From a virus (taxonomy: Duplodnaviria > Caudoviricetes): a stretch of 64,000 bases of DNA. This document shows, one piece after another, positions 15,806 to 25,380 of the stretch (its first letter is position 1; each line of letters opens with the position of its first letter). The translations under genes and the position numbers were made by a program. A model generated the notes under the pieces. It worked only from the letters and a program-made list of their open reading frames with translations, ran no database searches and was not told the origin of the DNA. The stretch covers positions 1-64,000 of IMG/VR virus record IMGVR_UViG_2862178590_000001. One strand, given 5' to 3'.

Positions 15806-16735
15806 TCACCACACCTCGATCGAGTAGGAGACGCCCGCGGCGTCGGTCTGGAGGGAGAGCTTCACGTCGGGGGCGGTGATGTCGACGTCGACAACACCCG
15901 CGCCGGCGTCGAGGGCGACGTTCTTGATGCCGTGCCAGGCGGCCCCGTTGTGGAGGGCGACCCGCACCGAACCCTTGACCGGCTTGTCGCTGATCTGGTC
16001 CATGCCGAGGTGCAGCCGCCGGTTGAACTGGTTCCAGGCGGAGCCGTGCGGGAGCAGGACGACGGTGGGCTGTGCGCCCGGTGCGACCGGGCCGGTGATC
16101 CATTGGGGCATGTCGGTCTCCTGAGAGGGCGTGGGAGCGGGGGCCGGGCTGGGCTGGAACGAGAGAGCCCAGGCGCGGAGTTCGGCGGTGGAGGCGAGGT
16201 GGCAGTAGTCGCGGTCGACCCCGTTGTCGCTGTACTGGTGGAACAGCCAAGCGGCTTGGATGCCGGGGTCGCCCGCGTTGCGTCCGGCCGTCGCGATCCA
16301 CAGGAAGTCGCCGTAGTAACCGCTGGTGTCGACGTTGCGCCAGTAGTCCGTGTTGGCGTACATCCCCACCGGGTTGTGGGGAAGGCGGCCCTTCACGTAC
16401 CGGAGCCAGGCCTCCTTGTAGGCGACCTGGGTGCTTTTCGGGACGTTGGCGTTCGCCGAGTCGTAGCCCTCCCAGTCGAGGACGACCAGGTCGCCGGGCT
16501 GCCAGTTGACCTGAGACAGGAAGTAATCCGCCTCGGCCTGCGGCGAGTTACCCATGTGCGGATAGTGATACGCGCCCCACACCAGGCCGTTGGCCTTGGC
16601 GTGGTCGCGCTGGGTGTGCCAGACCGGGTTGATGTACGACAGGCCCTCGGTGACCTTGACGAAGGCGAACGAGATGCCGGAGGTATCCGGCTGTGCGGGC
16701 TGGTACGAGGCCCAGTCCTGGCCGTAGATTCCCAT
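15806..16735 (-). CDS. GH25 muramidase endolysin
   Basis: GQDWASYQ, FVKVTEG, GAYHY, LDWE, QYS; start reset to 16735. Confidence 0.9.
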   Translation of the reverse strand: MGIYGQDWASYQPAQPDTSGISFAFVKVTEGLSYINPVWHTQRDHAKANGLVWGAYHYPHMGNSPQAEADYFLSQVNWQPGDLVVLDWEGYDSANANVPKSTQVAYKEAWLRYVKGRLPHNPVGMYANTDYWRNVDTSGYYGDFLWIATAGRNAGDPGIQAAWLFHQYSDNGVDRDYCHLASTAELRAWALSFQPSPAPAPTPSQETDMPQWITGPVAPGAQPTVVLLPHGSAWNQFNRRLHLGMDQISDKPVKGSVRVALHNGAAWHGIKNVALDAGAGVVDVDITAPDVKLSLQTDAAGVSYSIEVW

Positions 16736-16736
16736 G

Positions 16737-17498
16737 TCAGGCCGCCGTCGCGGTGGTCCAGACGGGCACGGTGACGTCGCCCTGCTGGGACAGCAGCCAC
16801 CGCAGGTCCGGAGTCGTGAGGTAGCCGCGCCCGTCGACGCCCCAACCGGTGCCCCACGAGTTGGTGATCCAGTAGTCGCCGGTCGTCGCGTCGTACTGGG
16901 CGATCTCGACCTCGTGGCCGCCCGCGACGGCCGAGTTCTGGTCGACGACGATCCGGCCGTCACCGTCCGGGTCGAACATCGACTCCAGCCAGACGATTCC
17001 GATCATCACCGGGCCGTGCTGCAGCGCGGAGGTGAGCGCGGGCAGCGAGAAAGCGTGGCTGTAGCCGGTGGCGAGCCCGAGCGCCTTGAGTGCCTTGGCG
17101 ACGCCGAGCCCGGAGCTGCCGGTGTCTGTCGGCGGGTAGTGCCCGGGGATCGAGTCGAGGAGCGTCGCCAGCGAGTACAGGCGGACCGCGAAATCCTCGT
17201 CGGGCGCGTACACGCCGGGGGTGAAAAGCCCGTGCGAGGCGCGTGCGGCAGCCGTCGAGATCGTCACCGACGTGAGGCCCGGCCTTGCGGCACTGTCCGT
17301 GACCAGCAAGCCCGTACCGGCGTTGGCCGTGCACGACCCGAGCTGGCCCTGATCCAAAACGGGAGCGCGCCGGGCCCACGACACGGACTTGATGGCCGTC
17401 TCCGGCAGCACGCCGTGCGCGTACTCCAGCGACCGCGGGTCATGCTCAACGTGCCGCCCGAACCGACCGCGGGCAGGCAGAAGCTCGATATGCGTCAT
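16737..17498 (-). CDS. Papain-like C1 cysteine peptidase
   Basis: DQGQLGSCT (Q/C), GGHEV (H), NSWGTGWG (N). Confidence 0.88.
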   Translation of the reverse strand: MTHIELLPARGRFGRHVEHDPRSLEYAHGVLPETAIKSVSWARRAPVLDQGQLGSCTANAGTGLLVTDSAARPGLTSVTISTAAARASHGLFTPGVYAPDEDFAVRLYSLATLLDSIPGHYPPTDTGSSGLGVAKALKALGLATGYSHAFSLPALTSALQHGPVMIGIVWLESMFDPDGDGRIVVDQNSAVAGGHEVEIAQYDATTGDYWITNSWGTGWGVDGRGYLTTPDLRWLLSQQGDVTVPVWTTATAA

Positions 17499-17547
17499 GA
17501 GCCCTCCCGGGCATGGCGAAGCCGCCGGAGCGGTGAGGGAAAAGGGG

Positions 17548-18078
17548 TCAGCGGGACAGCCAGAACACTCGCAGCGCGCTGTTGAAGTCCGTGCCGGTGT
17601 ACGTCGACAGCGTTCCGCCGGAGTCCTGGCGGGCCTGGAGCTCGACGTAGTCCGTGGTGCCGTTCATGACGAAGAAGTCGATCGCGGTGGCGCACCACCA
17701 GGAGGCGCCCGAGCCGCCGGCGACGGCCGCGCCGATGGACGTGGAGCCGTTCATGGTCAGGCGGGCGGCGCGCTGGGTCGTCGCCGAGCCGGCGAAAGCG
17801 GCGGTGCCGATCACGCAGTAGGTGCCCGCGACGGTCGGCGTGTAGCGGCTGTTGTTGGTGACGTTACTGTGCCCGCCGTCGGAGTCCAGGGTCGAGGTAT
17901 CGATCGCGACGGAGATCCAGGTGGCGTTGGCGGCGGACTGTGAGGACGCCTGGTAGCCGCGGAAGACCGGCACGGCCAGCGCAAAATTATTGAGATCGCG
18001 CACCTGGGCGTTGAACAGGGCGGACGTGTTGAAGTTGCCGGGAACCTCGGTGGGAGGCGACGGTACGGTGCGGGCCAT
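17548..18078 (-). CDS. Minor tail / distal fibre protein (beta-rich, C1q-like)
   Basis: NAQVRD N-terminal motif, beta-strand composition, position after the tail protein. Confidence 0.65.
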   Translation of the reverse strand: MARTVPSPPTEVPGNFNTSALFNAQVRDLNNFALAVPVFRGYQASSQSAANATWISVAIDTSTLDSDGGHSNVTNNSRYTPTVAGTYCVIGTAAFAGSATTQRAARLTMNGSTSIGAAVAGGSGASWWCATAIDFFVMNGTTDYVELQARQDSGGTLSTYTGTDFNSALRVFWLSR

Positions 18079-18089
18079 CGGCCCTCCCC

Positions 18090-20951
18090 TCAGTAGGCGA
18101 ACGCTGTCGCATCGAACGCGGAGGCCGCGTCCCAGGTGGTCGGGTCCGTGATCCCCGCTGGCAACACCTCGTTGATCAGGTCCCCAGCCGTGTGGCTCTT
18201 GGTTGTCGGCGCGGTGAGGGTGAGGACCGCGCTGGTCCAGCCCGTTGAAGTCGCGCCGACCGCCGAGATCGTGATGGTCTCCTGGTTGGCCGTGTTCTGG
18301 CCCAAGACGATCTGCGTCCCCGCGGGCAGCTGCGCAGCCAGGGGGTTGGTGTTGTCCTGGCTGTTGTTGACCGTGATCGACGAGACGCCCGAGGCGACCG
18401 TGGTCTTCAGCGTCGTATGCCAGGCCGAGAAGATCGCATACGGGGTGAGGTCAACGGGCGAGCACTGGAGCGTGCAGAACGCCTCGGCTTGGTCGTCCAT
18501 GTCCCACTGGATCGCCTCGACGAAGCACTCGATCTGAATAGGCGACGCAGGGCTGGGCGGACGGCGCATCACCCGGACCCGGGTGCCGAGTTCCAGGCTG
18601 AGCAGCACCGGCCACAGGGCCGGATTGGCCGACGGATGGAACTTGATCGAGCTGACGCGGATCGCAGGCTGCTTGTACCGGGAGAGCAGGTAGTTAGCAG
18701 CGTCCTGGCATTCCGCGGCTGACGACGAGTTGATGGTGCGGGTCAGCGTGCGCGGGAAGTACGCGGTGATCGAAGCCGAGTCCTGCGCGACGAACTGCTG
18801 GTTGGGGGTCTGCTGCGTGATCGTGACCCGGTTCGCCAGGTGGGTGGAGTCATAGTCCAGCTGACAGTCTTCATAGGGCCACTCGCCGAGGTCGGTCCGC
18901 TCCCCGAAGATGTACATCGGGGTGAGCGAGTTGTAGCGGGCGCCCCGGGAGCGGAAGTTGACGCGTCCGTCGGTGCCGATGAAGTGGCTGCCGTTCTCGG
19001 TGTCGACGACGCCCTGGAGCGCGCTGAGGCCGTCCTGTCCGCCAAATTCGGCCGGGCCCATCGAGGTGGTGAGTCCGGTCTGGAGGTTCGACAGAGCCGT
19101 CCATCCCGCATAGCCGAGAATGCGCTTGTACCGGGTGTCCGACGATTCCCCGGCGAAAGCGTTTTTCCACGCGTTGTAAAGGTTGGTGATGCCGACAGCA
19201 CCGCCGCCTGCGATGCCGTTCCAGTCGGCGAACTCGGCGGCGAAGGCGAGGTCACCCTGGTAGTTGGCTGTGGTGCCGCCCCCGTTGGTGGCATCGACGT
19301 ATCCACCGAGACTGTCGCTGATCAGTCCTGTCGGCGTGTACGTCGAAGGGATAGATCCGTAGAACGCGGCGAGCGCTCCATCCTGGGAGATCACCACCTG
19401 CTGAGTCGTTGTGTTGTAGCCAAAGATCAGAAAATGCCAGTTCCCGTCGGCGCAGTTGGTTGCACCGCCTGCCACATAGGTGCCCCCCGCCCCAGTGGGC
19501 CCCCGAAGATCCATGCTCGGATGCCCCGAGGTATCCAGATAGACAGCGATCAGAGATCCCGAAGGCGAGCCGCCGGAGCGCTGGCCATCCATACAGGACC
19601 ACATGTAAGCACCGCCAGCGATGGCAGGGCCCGTGTAGCAAAAGGCGAGCGTGCGGACCCACAGGGCCGGGTTCGCCGGGCCCGTGATCCCCGACGACGT
19701 CAGTTTCAGATAGGTGGCTGGACCCGTAAGGAACTGGCCGGGGTTGGCGTTGGCGATGGCGACAACGGTGCCACCGGACCCGGTGAACACTCCGGTCGCC
19801 GGGTTCGTCGCTGTGATCTGGGTGCCGAACGTGAGGGACCCCGCCCCGTATTTGGACACAGCGACCTGCGCCTGCGGATAGTTGCCCGTGGCGTCGCTGG
19901 CCCCATTACTGTTCTGCGGGTCGTCCAACTTGAAAAGGAAACGCGGCGAATGGCTGTTGATTTCCTGGGTGAGCGGGTCCGACAACTGGACCTGTGACAG
20001 CAGGGACATGGCATCGACGCAGACAGGTGACGTCGTGCCGTAGGTGCCGTTGTGGGTCCACTGGGCGGGCCAGCGCTCCGTGAACCCCTCGAACATCGGA
20101 TACCAGACCCCCGGCTGGACCCACGCCGAGGCGGTGGAGCCCCTCTCCAGCTGCCAGCCGTCGACCTGCACCGAGCACGTTGCAGCCGCGGTCGCCGCGA
20201 CCATCACGCCGACGTCCATGCCCATCGCCCCCGCGGGGGCTGTCGCTGTCACGATGATCTGCGTCCATGCTGCGGTCGGCGAGCCGGTGAGGGTGACCGT
20301 CGAGCCGTAGGTGAAGCTGCTCGCCGGGGTGGCGTTGGGTGACAGGAACCAGCCGATCCCTGCCTTCACCTGGAGCGACGTGGCTGCGGTGACGTTCCGG
20401 ACCCGCATCTGCATCGTGTACGTCTGGCCGGGCAGTGCGGCGGTCTGCGGGGTGCGGCAGATTTTCGCCGGGGCGGTGGTGCCCGACGGAATGCTGGCCT
20501 GGAGGACGTTGGCGCCCTGCCAGGCCGTCGCCGAGGCGGTGACGATGGCGCTGCCGCTGCTGTCGGTGTCGCTGAAAATGTCGGCGTTGAATGCGCTGGC
20601 GCCGACGGCGTAGCCGCCGAGGTCCCCGCCCGTCGCCTGGATCTGCGACAGGAGGTTGATGGACGGCGGCCACATGGCGCGCTTGCGGTAGGACTGGTAG
20701 GGCGCGATGTGCCCGTAGAACGGGCCGCCCGTGTTCGCCGGGTCGAGGCTGCCGTCCTTGTTGGCGAGCACTGTCTGGTACTCGCCTGAGCGGACCTGGT
20801 CGAGCTCGTACTGGCGGCCCCGCTGGATCGAGGAGCGTCCCCGCGTGGACGGAGTGACCTCGGTGTAGCGGTCCCACGGGGCGCCGGAGGAGCCGTTCCA
20901 GTACGAGCCCCAGCCCTCCTCGACGATGGGCCAGTTCGGATTGATCGCCAC
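18090..20951 (-). CDS. Large tail tip protein with CBM- and LamG-like domains
   Basis: Follows the TMP; DGWQLERG CBM-like segment; DGNWHFLIF LamG-like segment. Confidence 0.8.
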   Translation of the reverse strand: MAINPNWPIVEEGWGSYWNGSSGAPWDRYTEVTPSTRGRSSIQRGRQYELDQVRSGEYQTVLANKDGSLDPANTGGPFYGHIAPYQSYRKRAMWPPSINLLSQIQATGGDLGGYAVGASAFNADIFSDTDSSGSAIVTASATAWQGANVLQASIPSGTTAPAKICRTPQTAALPGQTYTMQMRVRNVTAATSLQVKAGIGWFLSPNATPASSFTYGSTVTLTGSPTAAWTQIIVTATAPAGAMGMDVGVMVAATAAATCSVQVDGWQLERGSTASAWVQPGVWYPMFEGFTERWPAQWTHNGTYGTTSPVCVDAMSLLSQVQLSDPLTQEINSHSPRFLFKLDDPQNSNGASDATGNYPQAQVAVSKYGAGSLTFGTQITATNPATGVFTGSGGTVVAIANANPGQFLTGPATYLKLTSSGITGPANPALWVRTLAFCYTGPAIAGGAYMWSCMDGQRSGGSPSGSLIAVYLDTSGHPSMDLRGPTGAGGTYVAGGATNCADGNWHFLIFGYNTTTQQVVISQDGALAAFYGSIPSTYTPTGLISDSLGGYVDATNGGGTTANYQGDLAFAAEFADWNGIAGGGAVGITNLYNAWKNAFAGESSDTRYKRILGYAGWTALSNLQTGLTTSMGPAEFGGQDGLSALQGVVDTENGSHFIGTDGRVNFRSRGARYNSLTPMYIFGERTDLGEWPYEDCQLDYDSTHLANRVTITQQTPNQQFVAQDSASITAYFPRTLTRTINSSSAAECQDAANYLLSRYKQPAIRVSSIKFHPSANPALWPVLLSLELGTRVRVMRRPPSPASPIQIECFVEAIQWDMDDQAEAFCTLQCSPVDLTPYAIFSAWHTTLKTTVASGVSSITVNNSQDNTNPLAAQLPAGTQIVLGQNTANQETITISAVGATSTGWTSAVLTLTAPTTKSHTAGDLINEVLPAGITDPTTWDAASAFDATAFAY

Positions 20952-20964
20952 AGGTCGCCTCCCG

Positions 20965-23900
20965 TCACCGGTGGTAGGGCTGCCAGGTCTGGGAGTTGCG
21001 GGCGCCGAGCTGGAGCATCTGCCGCTGCATCACGTCGCGCAGGTCGCGCTCGGCGAGGATCGAGCCCTGCGGCGAGATGGTGACGTAGTTGTTGTTGACG
21101 ACGGTGCCGCCCCCGCTACCCGCCAGAGCCAGGGCGGACCCGGACGTGCCGCCGGCCAGGGCAAGTTGGGGGTTGCCGAAACCGCGGGTTGTCGCTGTGG
21201 CCAAGTCGCGGGACGCGCCGACGGCAGCCGGGGCCCCCTGCTGGAGGCCCTGGACAAGTCCGGCGACGATGTTGACGCCGTGGCTCATGAACACCCGCGA
21301 CGGCGAGAAGATCGACAGAACGGACTTGAACGCCCCGGACACGCTTGATCCAATGTTGGAGATGTAGGAGAACAGGGTGCTGGCGGCGGACTCGACGCCG
21401 TGGATCAGGCCCCAGATCAGGTCGGAGCCTGCGCTCCACAGCAGCGAGCCGAGGCTGCCGAGGGCCGACAAAACGCGGCCTGGAATTCCGTTGGCCCAGT
21501 TCATCAGGGTGAGCACGACGTTGATCGCCGCGTGCCAGGCCTGGCTGAATGCGCTGGTGGCCCAGTTCCACAGGCTTGATCCGAGGGACGACAGGGCGTT
21601 GAGGATCTTGCCGGGGAGTTCAATCACCCAGGTGACGTAGGCGGTCGCGACGGTCACGGCTGCGCTTTTCGCCCGGTTCCATGCCTCGGTCGCCCACGTC
21701 CACAGCTGCTTTCCCAAGGACGCCAGCGCGGACAGGATCTTGCCGGGCAGTCCGGCGATCCAGGTGACCAGACTGACCACAGTGTCGATCACTGCGTGGT
21801 AGGCCGTGGAGAACGCGTCGGAGATCTGCCGCCAGTACTTGGTGATCAGCAGGACGGCTATGCCGATCGGCCCGGTCAGGATCGCCAGCAGCAGCGGCCA
21901 GTGGGCCTTGATGAAATCGACGACCCAGCCGACGGCCGTGGCGATCCCGTGGAAGACCGGCTCGAACACGTTGTGCCACAGCCACATCGCGACCGTGGCG
22001 ACCGCCCGGAATGCGGCCTGCACGATCTCGCGGAAGGTCTTTGAGTGGTTGTAGGCGTAGATCAGCACGGCGACCAGGGCCGCGATCGCGATGACGATCA
22101 GCGTGACCGGGTTGGCGTCCATCGCCGCGTTCAGCAGCCACTGGGCTAGCGCAGCCGCCTTCTCGGCGATGGACGTCGCAATCAACGCCACCTTCTCCGC
22201 CGTCCAGGCCACCGCCGCCCGCACGCTGGCAGCCACGGCCGTAGCCGTGGACTTCGCGTATTCGAGCGATGCCAAGGCCGCTGTCTTCATCGCGCCGCCC
22301 ACGGCCTTGACGCCCTTGACGGTGCCCGACCATGCCGCCTCACCGGCCGCCTTCGTCGCGGTGGCCGCCTTCGAGCCGAAATCCGCCACGGCCTTACCCG
22401 CCGTCTGCGCCCCGGACTTCACGCCGTCCCAGGCGTACATGCCCTTGAGGCGCACCGTGTCGAGCGCCGAGACAGCTGCGGTACGCATCCCCGACGCCCC
22501 GGACTTGATCCCGTCCCAGGCATACATGCCCTTCAGGCGAAGGGTGTCGAAGGCGCTGCCCGCGCCCGACGTGATGCCACTCCAGGGAATCTTGCCTATG
22601 ACGGTGCTGATGCCGCTCACGGCCTTGACCAGCGGGCTCAGCGCCCCGGCGATGAACTTGACGACGGCACCGGTCAGGACCACGCCGATCGCGACGGCGA
22701 GACCTTCGGTGATGGTCTTGTGCTTGGTGAAGAAGCCGATCACCGACGAGACAATGGGGATCAGCTTGGTGCCGATGGTGATGCCCGCGACCTCGACGCG
22801 CTCCTTGAGCTGCCCCATCTGCACGTTGAACGTTTTCTGGGTCTTGTCCCAGCCCTCGATGTTCTTGCCCGCGCCCTGCCCGGCCTTGCCGACCGCAGCG
22901 ACGTTGTTCTTGAAGTCGCCCATGTTCTCGCCGCCGAGCATGAGGGCGGTGTTGAGGCCAGTGGCGCCGCCCATCATCTTCTTCATGGCGTCGTTGTAGG
23001 TCTGCTCAGCCGGGCCGCCCGACTTGAGCTGCGTGTTGAAGCCCTTGCTCTTGTTCTCCAGGGTCGCGAACTGGTTGGCGAGGTTGGCCTGGTCGACCGG
23101 CAGGGCCTTGATCTGCTTCTTCCACTCGGTGACGCTGAGGCTTCCGCTCGCATATGACTGTGCGAGCTTCTGCAGCGAGGGCGGCATCTGCGAGATCATC
23201 GCGGTGGCGTCCGCCGCGGCCTGCTTCGACGTGTTGAAGGCGTTGAGCAAAACCGTTCCGGCCGGGCCCATGTGTTGAAGAACGGCCTGCTGGAGCATCT
23301 GGATCGTGCCGGTCAGGCCGCGCTGCCCCAGGTGGGTGGAGACGTCGACACTGGACAGGCCCAGGCGCTGCATCTCCTGCACGGCCACGTTATTGGGGGC
23401 TTGCAGCGACCGGATGGAGAAGGCGAGTTCCTGGGTCGCTTCGCGGGCGCTGGTGCCGTGGTTGGTGAGGGTGGCGATGGCGCCGCCGACCTGGTCGAAG
23501 CCGAGGTGGGCGGAGGATGCGATCGGCAGGACCGTCGACAGCGAGCTGGAGAACTCGCTGAAGGTCATCTTGCCGTGTCCGACCGCCGCGACCATCTGGT
23601 TGGTGATCTGGACGGCGGCCGAGGCGGGCAGGTGGTAGCTCTTGAGCGCCGAGGTGACCGCGTTGGAAACCTCGGCCAGAGGCGCCTGCTCGGCTCGCGC
23701 GCCCTGTGCGGCAGCGGAGAGAACCTTCAAGCCGTCGGCGCCATGGAATCCGGCCGACTCCACCATGTACATGCCGTCAGCCAGCGACTTGGTGGACGTC
23801 CCGGTCTGCACCGCGATGTCCTTGACGCCCTGGGAGACCTTGCCGAGGTTCGCCTGCGACTCGCCGGCCGTCGTCACCAACTTCTGCATGGACGCCTGAA

Positions 23901-24102
23901 AATCACCAGCCATCTTGACGCTGACAACTGCGACGCCGACGCCGACCGCGGCAGTCTCGGCACCAACTTTCGACATGGCCGCCGAGACGCCGCCCATCTT
24001 GGCGGTGAACGACTCGCCCTCGGTCGCGGCCGTGCGCATACCCGAGGCGAACGGCGCGGTTTCTGCCCGCAGAATCACGAACAGGTCGGCGACCTCGGTC
24101 AC
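20965..24102 (-). CDS. Tail tape measure protein (TP901-like)
   Basis: Ala/Gly-rich, 1045 aa, SPSRVF motif, Trp-periodic repeats. Confidence 0.92.
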   Translation of the reverse strand: MTEVADLFVILRAETAPFASGMRTAATEGESFTAKMGGVSAAMSKVGAETAAVGVGVAVVSVKMAGDFQASMQKLVTTAGESQANLGKVSQGVKDIAVQTGTSTKSLADGMYMVESAGFHGADGLKVLSAAAQGARAEQAPLAEVSNAVTSALKSYHLPASAAVQITNQMVAAVGHGKMTFSEFSSSLSTVLPIASSAHLGFDQVGGAIATLTNHGTSAREATQELAFSIRSLQAPNNVAVQEMQRLGLSSVDVSTHLGQRGLTGTIQMLQQAVLQHMGPAGTVLLNAFNTSKQAAADATAMISQMPPSLQKLAQSYASGSLSVTEWKKQIKALPVDQANLANQFATLENKSKGFNTQLKSGGPAEQTYNDAMKKMMGGATGLNTALMLGGENMGDFKNNVAAVGKAGQGAGKNIEGWDKTQKTFNVQMGQLKERVEVAGITIGTKLIPIVSSVIGFFTKHKTITEGLAVAIGVVLTGAVVKFIAGALSPLVKAVSGISTVIGKIPWSGITSGAGSAFDTLRLKGMYAWDGIKSGASGMRTAAVSALDTVRLKGMYAWDGVKSGAQTAGKAVADFGSKAATATKAAGEAAWSGTVKGVKAVGGAMKTAALASLEYAKSTATAVAASVRAAVAWTAEKVALIATSIAEKAAALAQWLLNAAMDANPVTLIVIAIAALVAVLIYAYNHSKTFREIVQAAFRAVATVAMWLWHNVFEPVFHGIATAVGWVVDFIKAHWPLLLAILTGPIGIAVLLITKYWRQISDAFSTAYHAVIDTVVSLVTWIAGLPGKILSALASLGKQLWTWATEAWNRAKSAAVTVATAYVTWVIELPGKILNALSSLGSSLWNWATSAFSQAWHAAINVVLTLMNWANGIPGRVLSALGSLGSLLWSAGSDLIWGLIHGVESAASTLFSYISNIGSSVSGAFKSVLSIFSPSRVFMSHGVNIVAGLVQGLQQGAPAAVGASRDLATATTRGFGNPQLALAGGTSGSALALAGSGGGTVVNNNYVTISPQGSILAERDLRDVMQRQMLQLGARNSQTWQPYHR

Positions 24103-24145
24103 GGCGCCCCCCTTTTGGATGGTCGGGTGGCGCCGGGGCCGTCGG

Positions 24146-24610
24146 TCAGGCGACGCGTGTCCAGCCGGCTCCGTAGGCCTCGGTGTAGATGGTGGCGGCG
24201 GCGATCTTTACCGCGAAGTGGAAGGCCGGAGCGAGGAAGGGATAGACGGCCCCGTTACGCAACCCGGTCTCCAGATAGAGGCCGTACTTGTTGGCCGGGG
24301 TCGGGCGGCGCCCGTAGGGCGGCGTGAAACCAACTCCGGTGCCGACTTTGGTCTCCCAGCCGGTGCCGACCTGCACGATGGGGCTATGGGTGATTGACCG
24401 GCGGAGTGTGCCGGAGATGATGGCGGGCCCCGAGCCCGGCCGCGCGGGGGTGCGCGTGCCGTATGCGTGCCGCCCCGACGATGCATTGATCTTTGCTTGC
24501 TTCTCGACGGCAGCAGCGAGCGGCTCCAGGGCGATACGGCCCCGAATCCGGCCCTCTTCCGACAGCTTCGCGAAGATCGCTGTGAATTCTCCCGGCTTCA
24601 GTTCCGGCAT
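24146..24610 (-). CDS. HK97 gp10-like tail completion protein
   Basis: SGTLRRSI, YGLYLETG, PFLAPA. Confidence 0.7.
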   Translation of the reverse strand: MPELKPGEFTAIFAKLSEEGRIRGRIALEPLAAAVEKQAKINASSGRHAYGTRTPARPGSGPAIISGTLRRSITHSPIVQVGTGWETKVGTGVGFTPPYGRRPTPANKYGLYLETGLRNGAVYPFLAPAFHFAVKIAAATIYTEAYGAGWTRVA

Positions 24611-24613
24611 GGT

Positions 24614-24880
24614 TCACCCCATTCGCTGCGCCCGGTCGGCCTGGCGCTGCATGCGGTCGTTCTCTGCCTGCTCACGCTCGGCCAGTGCGTTGAGGAAGTC
24701 CAACGTGTATCGGCGCACGTACATAGGGGTGGCCTGGAGCTCGTCCCAGGACCATTTCATGCGTTTCATGAGGATGAAGTCGCCCCATTCGGCGGGAGCC
24801 CCGTCGGAACCCCAAGTGCCTTCGATCATCGACTCGACAGGCAGCAGGACGTCCTCGAAGTACTCCGAGCCGGGGCCTAC
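24614..24880 (-). CDS. Tail assembly chaperone, frameshifted C-terminal (T) part
   Basis: -1 frame is open from GAC CCT TCG TAG; WSWDELQATP motif. Confidence 0.65.
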   Translation of the reverse strand, partial: VGPGSEYFEDVLLPVESMIEGTWGSDGAPAEWGDFILMKRMKWSWDELQATPMYVRRYTLDFLNALAEREQAENDRMQRQADRAQRMG

Positions 24881-25293
24881 GAAGGGTCGGCGACCTTCGC
24901 GAGCTCCTCACCGATGCGGTTGATGATGGCCATGGGCAGGCGGGCCACATTCTCCGCGGTGATGTCCGTCATCAGTGTCTGATCTACGGTTTCGAGGGCA
25001 TCCAGCTGCTCCGCAAGGGCCTCGGGGTCGGCGTCGAGATCGATGGTGACCGCGGCGGCCGGTGCGCTTGCGTCGTACACGCGCCACGCGACGATCAGGT
25101 TGGCCATGACCTTGTACATGGCCTCGTTGGCTGCCTGCGGATCGAGCGGGTTGCCTTGGGCGTCGACCGCGATGTCCTGTGGGGTGAGTTCGGACGGGGG
25201 CAGCAGCTTCGGGTTGCGGATCAGGACGCTGACCCGGTCGCCGAGCTTCGGGAAGGCCAACAGGATGACGCGGCTGGTGTATCCGGCGGACAT
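24877..25293 (-). CDS. Tail assembly chaperone (G)
   Basis: Directly after the tail tube gene; ends ADPS*. Confidence 0.75.
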   Translation of the reverse strand: MSAGYTSRVILLAFPKLGDRVSVLIRNPKLLPPSELTPQDIAVDAQGNPLDPQAANEAMYKVMANLIVAWRVYDASAPAAAVTIDLDADPEALAEQLDALETVDQTLMTDITAENVARLPMAIINRIGEELAKVADPS

Positions 25294-25380
25294 GGTTCTC
25301 CTTGCGGGTGAGGGCGTTGAGGGCGTGGTCCCTGGCCAGGCGCGACGCCCTCACGCGCGGCCCGACCAGGGAGTTGATCT

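Noticed and set aside
22420-22560. 29-aa duplication in the TMP (LKGMYAWDG.KSGA)
   Set aside because: Internal repeats are normal in tape measure proteins.
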